Source of the DNA: Tubulanus polymorphus
Lineage: Eukaryota; Animalia; Nemertea
Direction of reading: 5' to 3'
Length of the DNA: 64,000 bases
Assembly: GCF_964204645.1 (NCBI RefSeq)
Contig: NW_027437471.1
Span: 1-64,000 of the forward strand
In this document: positions 49,333 through 59,580 of the stretch, one piece after another
Layout: each line of letters starts with the position of its first letter
How positions within the stretch are numbered: position 1 is the first letter of the stretch
The notes under the pieces: generated by a model
Database searches by the model: none
What the model was told of the DNA's origin: nothing
Seen by the model: only the letters and a program-made list of their open reading frames with translations
Program-made: the position numbers and the translations under genes

Positions 49333-50900
49333 TTTAAACCACTGAGCCAGTGGTCCAGCAGGGTGTTAGCTGTACCACGGTTCCAGTGGATCCCGTCTCC
49401 AACAACTCTGAAGCGTCGATCATCGATGGGTGGTATCGCGGTGACGTCGTCGTGAATCTCGAGGAATTCGTTGAACTTCCGGGCGAACTGCTGGTGTTCG
49501 CGGGTCGTGTTGAGTTGAACGAAGTGGACGAACGAGTGCTGATACTTCTTGACTGCGGCGTTGATCAGGCGCTGTGTGGTCTTCTTGGCGGTCGCTTCGA
49601 AGTTGTTGTCGCGGTTGTTGATTCCGACGCTGATGATCACCGTATCCGGGCGATCTCGGCGCTCCGGTACAGCATCGATCAGGTCGGCGAGATGAGCTAT
49701 CTTGCAGCCGGGGAAGCTCTCGATCTGGACGTCATCCGGACGGCGGCTTGATGTGATGTTACTCAGATTTGAGTCACCAATCACCAGAATGGGTCGCCGG
49801 GTTGGTGGCAGACTCCAATCCTGTTTCTTCCGACCCGTATTCGGATGACGGCGAACTTCCTGGGGCGCCATCGGTCTCGGTGTAGGCGTCGGACTTCGCG
49901 CTGGCAGTAGGCGCCCTGGTGACCTGTAATGAGACGGAGAGCTGGAAAGAGAAGAAGAGAGAGACGGCGTCGGACTGCTGGTTGGTGCGGTCGGCGTTCT
50001 CTGCGGCGGCGGCGGCGGCGGCGGCGTCGGGTTTCGAGGCGGCGGCGTCGGACTTCTCGGTGGCGTCGGACTTCTTGGTGGCGGCGGCGGCGGCGTCGGC
50101 ATCGGACTTCTCGGTGGTGGCGCCATTCTGGTTGGTGGCGTCCTGGTGACATCCGCGTAGCTTCTCGGTGACCTGGAATCAGAAAAAGAAGGAGGCGCTG
50201 TGGGCGCGGCGGGCGCGACTGCGGTTGGTGCAGGCGTCCTCGGCGTCGCGGGCTTTCGAATCTTCCGGCTCGGTCTCGGCGGCGGACGAATCTTCGGCTC
50301 CGTGGGTGCCTCCTGGTGGTGTGACCTGAAATGAGAAGGGGAAGAAGGTGGGTTAGATAGGACATTTCTGAGTTTGTCAGACAGAGCCTGACCGCGGAAT
50401 TTCGACCGCAAATCCAGCGCGATGTTGAAAAGCCGGATCGTTCCGGGGCTCAGACGGGAGCCGAAATTCCTCCGGGCCCATGTCAGGGCGACATCCTGTG
50501 CTGATAGACAGTCCGGCAGAGGATCACCCATTAGCTCAACAAATGTGGCAGCGTAATGGATGGTCAGCTCTTTCGAAACTGTCTCCATCCAGACGTCCGC
50601 GGCAGCGTGCAGCTGCACCGTTACTGCTTCGGTGCAAGCCGCCGGCCGCAGGAACATCTTCAGATGGTCCTTCTTCCTCCGAATCGCTTTCGGACCAGAG
50701 CTCAACTGGGCAAGGTGGTGCGCCACTTGAAGAGCTCTATAATAGGTTTTCGGCGACATCCCGGGTTGCTGGTGTCGCTCAGGGCGTCCTCCGCCCTTGC
50801 TGGTCTTCTCAGCTGGTGGTCGTTTCTTCTTTCGAGTAGATCGCTCCATTGACAGATATTTCGGCGAGGTTGCCTTCGTCAGTGTCAGTGCAGGAATCAT
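49329..50900 (-). CDS. PLE ORF1 SGNH esterase, unit 2
   Basis: Same motifs; 5 extra Pro codons. Confidence 0.9.
   Translation of the reverse strand: MIPALTLTKATSPKYLSMERSTRKKKRPPAEKTSKGGGRPERHQQPGMSPKTYYRALQVAHHLAQLSSGPKAIRRKKDHLKMFLRPAACTEAVTVQLHAAADVWMETVSKELTIHYAATFVELMGDPLPDCLSAQDVALTWARRNFGSRLSPGTIRLFNIALDLRSKFRGQALSDKLRNVLSNPPSSPSHFRSHHQEAPTEPKIRPPPRPSRKIRKPATPRTPAPTAVAPAAPTAPPSFSDSRSPRSYADVTRTPPTRMAPPPRSPMPTPPPPPPRSPTPPRSPTPPPRNPTPPPPPPPQRTPTAPTSSPTPSLSSSLSSSPSHYRSPGRLLPARSPTPTPRPMAPQEVRRHPNTGRKKQDWSLPPTRRPILVIGDSNLSNITSSRRPDDVQIESFPGCKIAHLADLIDAVPERRDRPDTVIISVGINNRDNNFEATAKKTTQRLINAAVKKYQHSFVHFVQLNTTREHQQFARKFNEFLEIHDDVTAIPPIDDRRFRVVGDGIHWNRGTANTLLDHWLSGLN
50850..50887 (-). ncRNA. 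Hammerhead ribozyme, unit 2
   Basis: Identical to 44496-44533. Confidence 0.85.
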
Positions 50901-53226
50901 GCTGAACTAGGATTAGACACGGGTTTTTATACACGCAGCGCGCAACAAGTGAACAGTATTCGAGTTAGAAGTTAAGTGACCATATGAGACCTTGTGATCT
51001 AGACTAATTGTACTTCTGTGATCAAGCTAATAGACAAACTAGGGGTCTGACTAATTATGCCTTTGATCCAGAGTGACTAGAAAACAGCACTAATTATGGC
51101 CCTTGATCTAGCTGTTGAATAGTTTGCTTTGATGTATAGTTCTAAAGATCTAAAGAACGGCGTGTCTAATATAGAATTGAAAAGTTTATTTCGATATAAC
51201 CTAATAAATACTCAAAGTGTTTTCTATAAAGAGAAATCTAGAATATGTATTATTAATATACGTGAACCGGAATGTTCGAAATATGTCCGAGTTCAGTTTC
51301 AAAATTGCTTAATTCCTAATTAGTTTAGACGCGTTAATTAGCGGTGCGCGGCCGAGGCGTATTCCGATATACGCGTGTTTACTAAATAGTCGTAAATGGT
51401 GAAATCCGGTTCTTAGTTAATCAAGTTTTCTCCGTATTCTAAAGCTTTTAAGAGCGGATTTTGAAATATCTACGCGGTATTCTACCGAAAATTGGATGAA
51501 TTAGACAGCGCGGCGTCGGCGATTTAGTAGGAAGTTATAACCCGTAAGATCTAAATTACTGAGTGAGCGCGGGTGGTTAATTAGCCCTAATTATGGGTGA
51601 CGAGTTTTGATAGAAATGTCTTACTAATACGTCTGTTTTAATTCTAAGTTCTTAAATATAATTCTATTAGATAAACTACGCTTATTTAGAGTTATTAGGA
51701 TCGAGTAAAGCTATGTGAACTTGAACATGTGACAAATATATTCAGACCGGAGCGCGGGTATTCAGTAAATCGGTTTAAGCTTGCGTAGTTTGAGTGGTTC
51801 AAAAACACTATGATCTCTTCTTTAATCCGAAGGTTGAAATATATACGGGATATAAAACTCTTTTTGAATCGGGAATATTGGGCTGTGTTCTTTGAGAAAA
51901 ACCGATGAGTTTGAAGGCGTCGTAACTGCGATTTTGTATAGAATTGAGTCGGATAATTAGTCAAGAGGCGCAGGTGGCCGATCGGTCACTAATTATGAGT
52001 GACTTGTAAACAGTGATTGATGTCCGTGGACTATTATTTATCCTATAAACTTCTTATACTTCTACAACCTATAGTGCGGTTTTTGAATATAGCTATTAAT
52101 ACTTTTGAGCGATCTCATTAGAATTGTTATCCGAAAATAAACTGTCTGTTTTAGAGAAATTTGAAACTTGACACCCGGATCTATATAGAGTATGTTCCAA
52201 GAGTTGGCGCGTAGATACGATAATAGTTAATTAGGACGTAGCGGGTTAGGTCCCCGACCGAACGTTATAGATTAAACGGAGGTTAATTAGGGTGCCGCGG
52301 GTTCGAGTCCCGACCAGGCGCCGTTTAGTAATTGAATAGTTCTATTCTAAATGTTTTTTACCTATTCTGGATTCCTTTTAATTCTGAATCTTTGACGGAT
52401 ACAATAGTACTTTTCAGATGTTTCTACGATATAATCTTAGTGCCGACGCATATTTTCAAAATAAATAAGAGCGGTGGACTGGTTACCGGTATCTAACGCG
52501 GGGCACCGGCAACCCGTCAGTACTAGCGGTTAATTTCGGAGCGGCGGGTACGGTTCCCGAGTATTCTCCGGAGCTTAATTCGGGTGCCGCGGGTTCGAGT
52601 CCCGATCAGGCGCGCCGTTTTAGTAATTGAGTATATTCTTACCTATTCTAGATTCCCTTTCTTTCTAAATTTATAATAGATTAATTAATACTTTTCGGGT
52701 GTTTCTATGATATAATCTCAGTGCTGACGCATATTTTCGAAATAGATAATAGCGGTGGACTGGTTACCGGTTTCTATCGTCCTGGGACAGGCAACCAGTC
52801 TGTACTAGCGGTTAGGGTTCGGTTCCCGATATCGCGCTTTTGTTTATTTTTCTAACTGTTTCTGATATTTGGTCTGTCTTCTTACTTACTGAATTTCGAT
52901 TGAGTTTTCAAAGTAAAGCAGAGAGAACTAATTAAAAGATAAAAGGTTGATGATTCCTGTGGAGCTTGTGATCTTGGAGTTTGTTTTGTACTCTGTCTCT
53001 GAGCGGGTTTCTGCTTCAGGCGACGGAGGATGATTCTGCAAATAGATTGATGATTAATAATTAATCAGTTAAGATAATTTACGAGGGAAACCTGGCACGG
53101 GCTAAGGTTAGGTTTAGAGATAGAGGTTAGGGGACCAAACCGAAGGTTTGGAGACCCCACTAGTGCACGGGCAGCGGGTTATCCCTGTAAAAAAGTAGTG
53201 AGAGTTAATTGTTGTAGTGAGGCGGT

Positions 53227-55686
53227 CTACGGGACGTTCATGCCTCGGGGCGTGTTCGTGTCGAGTCGTCGTATCCAGTCTTGTTCGGCTGCTTCGCGGA
53301 TCGGTCTCGTGGAGCCTGGTAGGTGTTGGAGACCGTACACCCGAAAGTGTTCGCGGGTGTGGTCGACTTGGTTGAAGTGGTCCGAGACTGGAGTCGAATT
53401 CTTCGTTCTGATGCGTGAGACGTGATGAGTGACGCGTTCTCGTAGAGACATTCCGGTTTGGCCGACGTACAGCATGTTGCACTTGGTGCATTCGATGCAG
53501 TATACAATTTCACGGGTCGCGCAATTAATTGTGCTGCGGATCGCGTGCATTTTGTTGTGGCTGCGGCAAACGGTTGTTTCTCGGACGAGTGGACACGTAC
53601 GACATCTCGGTGTTCTGCATTTCTCGGTGCCTCGACGTCGGGTTGACGGAGTTCTTTGAGTAGACCTGGAAATAGAAGAATTGGAAACAACGGAAGTATT
53701 TCTGTTACGATGCGGTGAAGAGGGGACTCGGGGAGGGGGTGGCTCCGTGGGTTTGAGCTGCGACGAAGTTAGGAGATCTTTGAGACTCTTGTGCTTGGTG
53801 TAGGCGGTGACCGTGGTTACCTCGTCAGACCGGCCGGTGGCCGTAGCCAGTTCCGTAAATCTGGTTCGGATGTTACGGGCTAGGGTTCGGTTGGCTTCGG
53901 AGTGAGGTAAGATAAGCGGTAAACGCTTTTTCGGCGGTTCGTCGGCCCGTTGTTGTTCTCGTAGATCTCGTTCGGCGTGGTGCCGTAGAGCTTGGCTTTT
54001 GATGTGTCGCAGTTCGCGGTCTTTGTAGCCACGACCTCTGAGTACTTTAAGGACGGTTCCGGACGCTGCGTGTAAGTCCGAATCGTTATTGCAGATGCGC
54101 CGGAACCGGAGAATTTGACTTTTAACTATACCGGAAAATGTGTGTTTAGGGTGAAACGAGGATCGATGTAGTAATTGATGCGAATCGGTTGGTTTGAAGT
54201 AGACTTTGGTGTCTACTGTGCCACTTGTCTCGAATCGCGGGCCTTTGAAAGTGGTTACGTCCAGGAAGTTGACGCTGGTGTCGCTGATTTCGAACTTGAG
54301 TTTGATGGATCGGCTCACTGTTTGTAGGACGTCGATGAATTGCATCAACGTTTCGCGGCCGTGTTCCCAAACTATGTAGATGTCGTCGATGAACCGAGCG
54401 TATAGCGATGGTTGGAGTTCGCTTCTGGACAGACCTTCTTTTTCCCATTCGGCTACAAAGATATTGGCATAAGAAGGAGCAAAACGCTTACCCATTGCGG
54501 TACCTTTTACCTGTAAATATGTGTTTTCGTTAAAGTTAAAGTCATTTTTCTTCAGGCTGATTTCGAGTAGTTTCAGCAGCTCGGCATCCGGGCGTCCCGG
54601 GTTCGGGTTATCTCGGAGAGCTTGTCGGATGCTGGCGATACCCTCTTCGTGGGGGATGTTGGTGTAGAGCGAATCGATGTCCATGGTGACGAGTAACGCA
54701 TCGGCGCTAAATTGTTTACCGGCCAAAATATCTAGAAAGTGGTTGGTATCTTTGACGTACGACGGGTGACCGCGGGCGATCGGCTGCAAATAGTAGTCGA
54801 TCCATTCCGAAATTTCGTAGGTTTCGGAGCCGCAGTCGGAGACGATCGGTCTCCCCGGCGGTACGCGATCGGGTATCGTCCACTTCTCGCGTTCTTTATG
54901 GATTTTGGGAAGCAGATAGAACTGCCTCTGTTTCGGATTATCGGGCGGTAATAGATATTCGGCGGTTTTTAGCGGGATGATTTTTCGTCGAGCCATATTT
55001 TCGATGATTTCGCGAATTTCTTCCCCGGTCTGTTCGAAGATCGGTTGCTGCAGCGGCTGATAATACTCGAGATCGGCTAGTTGGCGCATGGCTTCGTGGA
55101 CGTAGTCGTCGCGGTCCATGATAACCGTAGCGGAACCCTTATCGGCGGCTTTGATGACAATATTAGTGTTGTCACGCAGCTGCTGGAGGGCTTCGCGTTC
55201 CTGTTTAGTGAGGTTATCATTTACGCGACGCGTATCCCTGGTTTGTTGAGCCAATTCGTGCGCGTCGTTGCAGAACCCGGCGATTACTGGTTCTATTTCA
55301 TCCGGAGCCCAACTGCTGGGCAGACGGAAACGCGGAGCCTCGCGGTCCGGTTTGTCTCGGAAGTGATGGTCGAGTTTCACTAGCCGGTTGAATCGGCACA
55401 CTCCCTTGGTGCGCTCGGTCGCGGCGGCATCAGAACCGATTTTTGGAGTCGGGCAATAAGTGAGGCCCTTTCGGAGTAGCTGATGTTGCGCCGGACTTAG
55501 GCGGAGTGAACGTGTGAGGTTGACCACCGGGCTCCCGAGAGCGGTGACCGGATCGCGCCGCGCTTGGTTTGGTGCCGGTTCTTCGTGTTCGTCGGACCTG
55601 GAAATGGAAGAAATCAGAGAAGCATTGGTTAATTCCGGTTGATTTAACTCACCAATAGTGGACCCGTTGGTCTCACTAATACTTAG
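53227..55686 (-). CDS. PLE RT + GIY-YIG, unit 3
   Basis: Same motifs; intact. Confidence 0.96.
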   Translation of the reverse strand, partial: LSISETNGSTIGELNQPELTNASLISSISRSDEHEEPAPNQARRDPVTALGSPVVNLTRSLRLSPAQHQLLRKGLTYCPTPKIGSDAAATERTKGVCRFNRLVKLDHHFRDKPDREAPRFRLPSSWAPDEIEPVIAGFCNDAHELAQQTRDTRRVNDNLTKQEREALQQLRDNTNIVIKAADKGSATVIMDRDDYVHEAMRQLADLEYYQPLQQPIFEQTGEEIREIIENMARRKIIPLKTAEYLLPPDNPKQRQFYLLPKIHKEREKWTIPDRVPPGRPIVSDCGSETYEISEWIDYYLQPIARGHPSYVKDTNHFLDILAGKQFSADALLVTMDIDSLYTNIPHEEGIASIRQALRDNPNPGRPDAELLKLLEISLKKNDFNFNENTYLQVKGTAMGKRFAPSYANIFVAEWEKEGLSRSELQPSLYARFIDDIYIVWEHGRETLMQFIDVLQTVSRSIKLKFEISDTSVNFLDVTTFKGPRFETSGTVDTKVYFKPTDSHQLLHRSSFHPKHTFSGIVKSQILRFRRICNNDSDLHAASGTVLKVLRGRGYKDRELRHIKSQALRHHAERDLREQQRADEPPKKRLPLILPHSEANRTLARNIRTRFTELATATGRSDEVTTVTAYTKHKSLKDLLTSSQLKPTEPPPPRVPSSPHRNRNTSVVSNSSISRSTQRTPSTRRRGTEKCRTPRCRTCPLVRETTVCRSHNKMHAIRSTINCATREIVYCIECTKCNMLYVGQTGMSLRERVTHHVSRIRTKNSTPVSDHFNQVDHTREHFRVYGLQHLPGSTRPIREAAEQDWIRRLDTNTPRGMNVP

Positions 55687-57254
55687 TTTAAACCACTGAG
55701 CCAGTGGTCCAGCAGGGTGTTAGCTGTACCACGGTTCCAGTGGATCCCGTCTCCAACAACTCTGAAGCGTCGATCATCGATGGGTGGTATCGCGGTGACG
55801 TCGTCGTGAATCTCGAGGAATTCGTTGAACTTCCGGGCGAACTGCTGGTGTTCGCGGGTCGTGTTGAGTTGAACGAAGTGGACGAACGAGTGCTGATACT
55901 TCTTGACTGCGGCGTTGATCAGGCGCTGTGTGGTCTTCTTGGCGGTCGCTTCGAAGTTGTTGTCGCGGTTGTTGATTCCGACGCTGATGATCACCGTATC
56001 CGGGCGATCTCGGCGCTCCGGTACAGCATCGATCAGGTCGGCGAGATGAGCTATCTTGCAGCCGGGGAAGCTCTCGATCTGGACGTCATCCGGACGGCGG
56101 CTTGATGTGATGTTACTCAGATTTGAGTCACCAATCACCAGAATGGGTCGCCGGGTTGGTGGCAGACTCCAATCCTGTTTCTTCCGACCCGTATTCGGAT
56201 GACGGCGAACTTCCTGGGGCGCCATCGGTCTCGGTGTAGGCGTCGGACTTCGCGCTGGCAGTAGGCGCCCTGGTGACCTGTAATGAGACGGAGAGCTGGA
56301 AAGAGAAGAAGAGAGAGACGGCGTCGGACTGCTGGTTGGTGCGGTCGGCGTTCTCTGCGGCGGCGGCGGCGGCGGCGGCGTCGGGTTTCGAGGCGGCGGC
56401 GTCGGACTTCTCGGTGGCGTCGGACTTCTTGGTGGCGGCGGCGGCGGCGTCGGCATCGGACTTCTCGGTGGTGGCGCCATTCTGGTTGGTGGCGTCCTGG
56501 TGACATCCGCGTAGCTTCTCGGTGACCTGGAATCAGAAAAAGAAGGAGGCGCTGTGGGCGCGGCGGGCGCGACTGCGGTTGGTGCAGGCGTCCTCGGCGT
56601 CGCGGGCTTTCGAATCTTCCGGCTCGGTCTCGGCGGCGGACGAATCTTCGGCTCCGTGGGTGCCTCCTGGTGGTGTGACCTGAAATGAGAAGGGGAAGAA
56701 GGTGGGTTAGATAGGACATTTCTGAGTTTGTCAGACAGAGCCTGACCGCGGAATTTCGACCGCAAATCCAGCGCGATGTTGAAAAGCCGGATCGTTCCGG
56801 GGCTCAGACGGGAGCCGAAATTCCTCCGGGCCCATGTCAGGGCGACATCCTGTGCTGATAGACAGTCCGGCAGAGGATCACCCATTAGCTCAACAAATGT
56901 GGCAGCGTAATGGATGGTCAGCTCTTTCGAAACTGTCTCCATCCAGACGTCCGCGGCAGCGTGCAGCTGCACCGTTACTGCTTCGGTGCAAGCCGCCGGC
57001 CGCAGGAACATCTTCAGATGGTCCTTCTTCCTCCGAATCGCTTTCGGACCAGAGCTCAACTGGGCAAGGTGGTGCGCCACTTGAAGAGCTCTATAATAGG
57101 TTTTCGGCGACATCCCGGGTTGCTGGTGTCGCTCAGGGCGTCCTCCGCCCTTGCTGGTCTTCTCAGCTGGTGGTCGTTTCTTCTTTCGAGTAGATCGCTC
57201 CATTGACAGATATTTCGGCGAGGTTGCCTTCGTCAGTGTCAGTGCAGGAATCAT
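55683..57254 (-). CDS. PLE ORF1 SGNH esterase, unit 3
   Basis: Same motifs. Confidence 0.9.
   Translation of the reverse strand: MIPALTLTKATSPKYLSMERSTRKKKRPPAEKTSKGGGRPERHQQPGMSPKTYYRALQVAHHLAQLSSGPKAIRRKKDHLKMFLRPAACTEAVTVQLHAAADVWMETVSKELTIHYAATFVELMGDPLPDCLSAQDVALTWARRNFGSRLSPGTIRLFNIALDLRSKFRGQALSDKLRNVLSNPPSSPSHFRSHHQEAPTEPKIRPPPRPSRKIRKPATPRTPAPTAVAPAAPTAPPSFSDSRSPRSYADVTRTPPTRMAPPPRSPMPTPPPPPPRSPTPPRSPTPPPRNPTPPPPPPPQRTPTAPTSSPTPSLSSSLSSSPSHYRSPGRLLPARSPTPTPRPMAPQEVRRHPNTGRKKQDWSLPPTRRPILVIGDSNLSNITSSRRPDDVQIESFPGCKIAHLADLIDAVPERRDRPDTVIISVGINNRDNNFEATAKKTTQRLINAAVKKYQHSFVHFVQLNTTREHQQFARKFNEFLEIHDDVTAIPPIDDRRFRVVGDGIHWNRGTANTLLDHWLSGLN
57204..57241 (-). ncRNA. Hammerhead ribozyme, unit 3
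   Basis: Identical motif. Confidence 0.85.
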
Positions 57255-59580
57255 GCTGAACTAGGATTAGACACGGGTTTTTATACACGCAGCGCGCAAC
57301 AAGTGAACAGTATTCGAGTTAGAAGTTAAGTGACCATATGAGACCTTGTGATCTAGACTAATTGTACTTCTGTGATCAAGCTAATAGACAAACTAGGGGT
57401 CTGACTAATTATGCCTTTGATCCAGAGTGACTAGAAAACAGCACTAATTATGGCCCTTGATCTAGCTGTTGAATAGTTTGCTTTGATGTATAGTTCTAAA
57501 GATCTAAAGAACGGCGTGTCTAATATAGAATTGAAAAGTTTATTTCGATATAACCTAATAAATACTCAAAGTGTTTTCTATAAAGAGAAATCTAGAATAT
57601 GTATTATTAATATACGTGAACCGGAATGTTCGAAATATGTCCGAGTTCAGTTTCAAAATTGCTTAATTCCTAATTAGTTTAGACGCGTTAATTAGCGGTG
57701 CGCGGCCGAGGCGTATTCCGATATACGCGTGTTTACTAAATAGTCGTAAATGGTGAAATCCGGTTCTTAGTTAATCAAGTTTTCTCCGTATTCTAAAGCT
57801 TTTAAGAGCGGATTTTGAAATATCTACGCGGTATTCTACCGAAAATTGGATGAATTAGACAGCGCGGCGTCGGCGATTTAGTAGGAAGTTATAACCCGTA
57901 AGATCTAAATTACTGAGTGAGCGCGGGTGGTTAATTAGCCCTAATTATGGGTGACGAGTTTTGATAGAAATGTCTTACTAATACGTCTGTTTTAATTCTA
58001 AGTTCTTAAATATAATTCTATTAGATAAACTACGCTTATTTAGAGTTATTAGGATCGAGTAAAGCTATGTGAACTTGAACATGTGACAAATATATTCAGA
58101 CCGGAGCGCGGGTATTCAGTAAATCGGTTTAAGCTTGCGTAGTTTGAGTGGTTCAAAAACACTATGATCTCTTCTTTAATCCGAAGGTTGAAATATATAC
58201 GGGATATAAAACTCTTTTTGAATCGGGAATATTGGGCTGTGTTCTTTGAGAAAAACCGATGAGTTTGAAGGCGTCGTAACTGCGATTTTGTATAGAATTG
58301 AGTCGGATAATTAGTCAAGAGGCGCAGGTGGCCGATCGGTCACTAATTATGAGTGACTTGTAAACAGTGATTGATGTCCGTGGACTATTATTTATCCTAT
58401 AAACTTCTTATACTTCTACAACCTATAGTGCGGTTTTTGAATATAGCTATTAATACTTTTGAGCGATCTCATTAGAATTGTTATCCGAAAATAAACTGTC
58501 TGTTTTAGAGAAATTTGAAACTTGACACCCGGATCTATATAGAGTATGTTCCAAGAGTTGGCGCGTAGATACGATAATAGTTAATTAGGACGTAGCGGGT
58601 TAGGTCCCCGACCGAACGTTATAGATTAAACGGAGGTTAATTAGGGTGCCGCGGGTTCGAGTCCCGACCAGGCGCCGTTTAGTAATTGAATAGTTCTATT
58701 CTAAATGTTTTTTACCTATTCTGGATTCCTTTTAATTCTGAATCTTTGACGGATACAATAGTACTTTTCAGATGTTTCTACGATATAATCTTAGTGCCGA
58801 CGCATATTTTCAAAATAAATAAGAGCGGTGGACTGGTTACCGGTATCTAACGCGGGGCACCGGCAACCCGTCAGTACTAGCGGTTAATTTCGGAGCGGCG
58901 GGTACGGTTCCCGAGTATTCTCCGGAGCTTAATTCGGGTGCCGCGGGTTCGAGTCCCGATCAGGCGCGCCGTTTTAGTAATTGAGTATATTCTTACCTAT
59001 TCTAGATTCCCTTTCTTTCTAAATTTATAATAGATTAATTAATACTTTTCGGGTGTTTCTATGATATAATCTCAGTGCTGACGCATATTTTCGAAATAGA
59101 TAATAGCGGTGGACTGGTTACCGGTTTCTATCGTCCTGGGACAGGCAACCAGTCTGTACTAGCGGTTAGGGTTCGGTTCCCGATATCGCGCTTTTGTTTA
59201 TTTTTCTAACTGTTTCTGATATTTGGTCTGTCTTCTTACTTACTGAATTTCGATTGAGTTTTCAAAGTAAAGCAGAGAGAACTAATTAAAAGATAAAAGG
59301 TTGATGATTCCTGTGGAGCTTGTGATCTTGGAGTTTGTTTTGTACTCTGTCTCTGAGCGGGTTTCTGCTTCAGGCGACGGAGGATGATTCTGCAAATAGA
59401 TTGATGATTAATAATTAATCAGTTAAGATAATTTACGAGGGAAACCTGGCACGGGCTAAGGTTAGGTTTAGAGATAGAGGTTAGGGGACCAAACCGAAGG
59501 TTTGGAGACCCCACTAGTGCACGGGCAGCGGGTTATCCCTGTAAAAAAGTAGTGAGAGTTAATTGTTGTAGTGAGGCGGT

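Larger units (their letters stand above)
46752..53105 (-). mobile_element. PLE unit 2, 6354 bp
   Basis: Tandem copy. Confidence 0.95.
53106..59459 (-). mobile_element. PLE unit 3, 6354 bp
   Basis: Tandem copy. Confidence 0.95.
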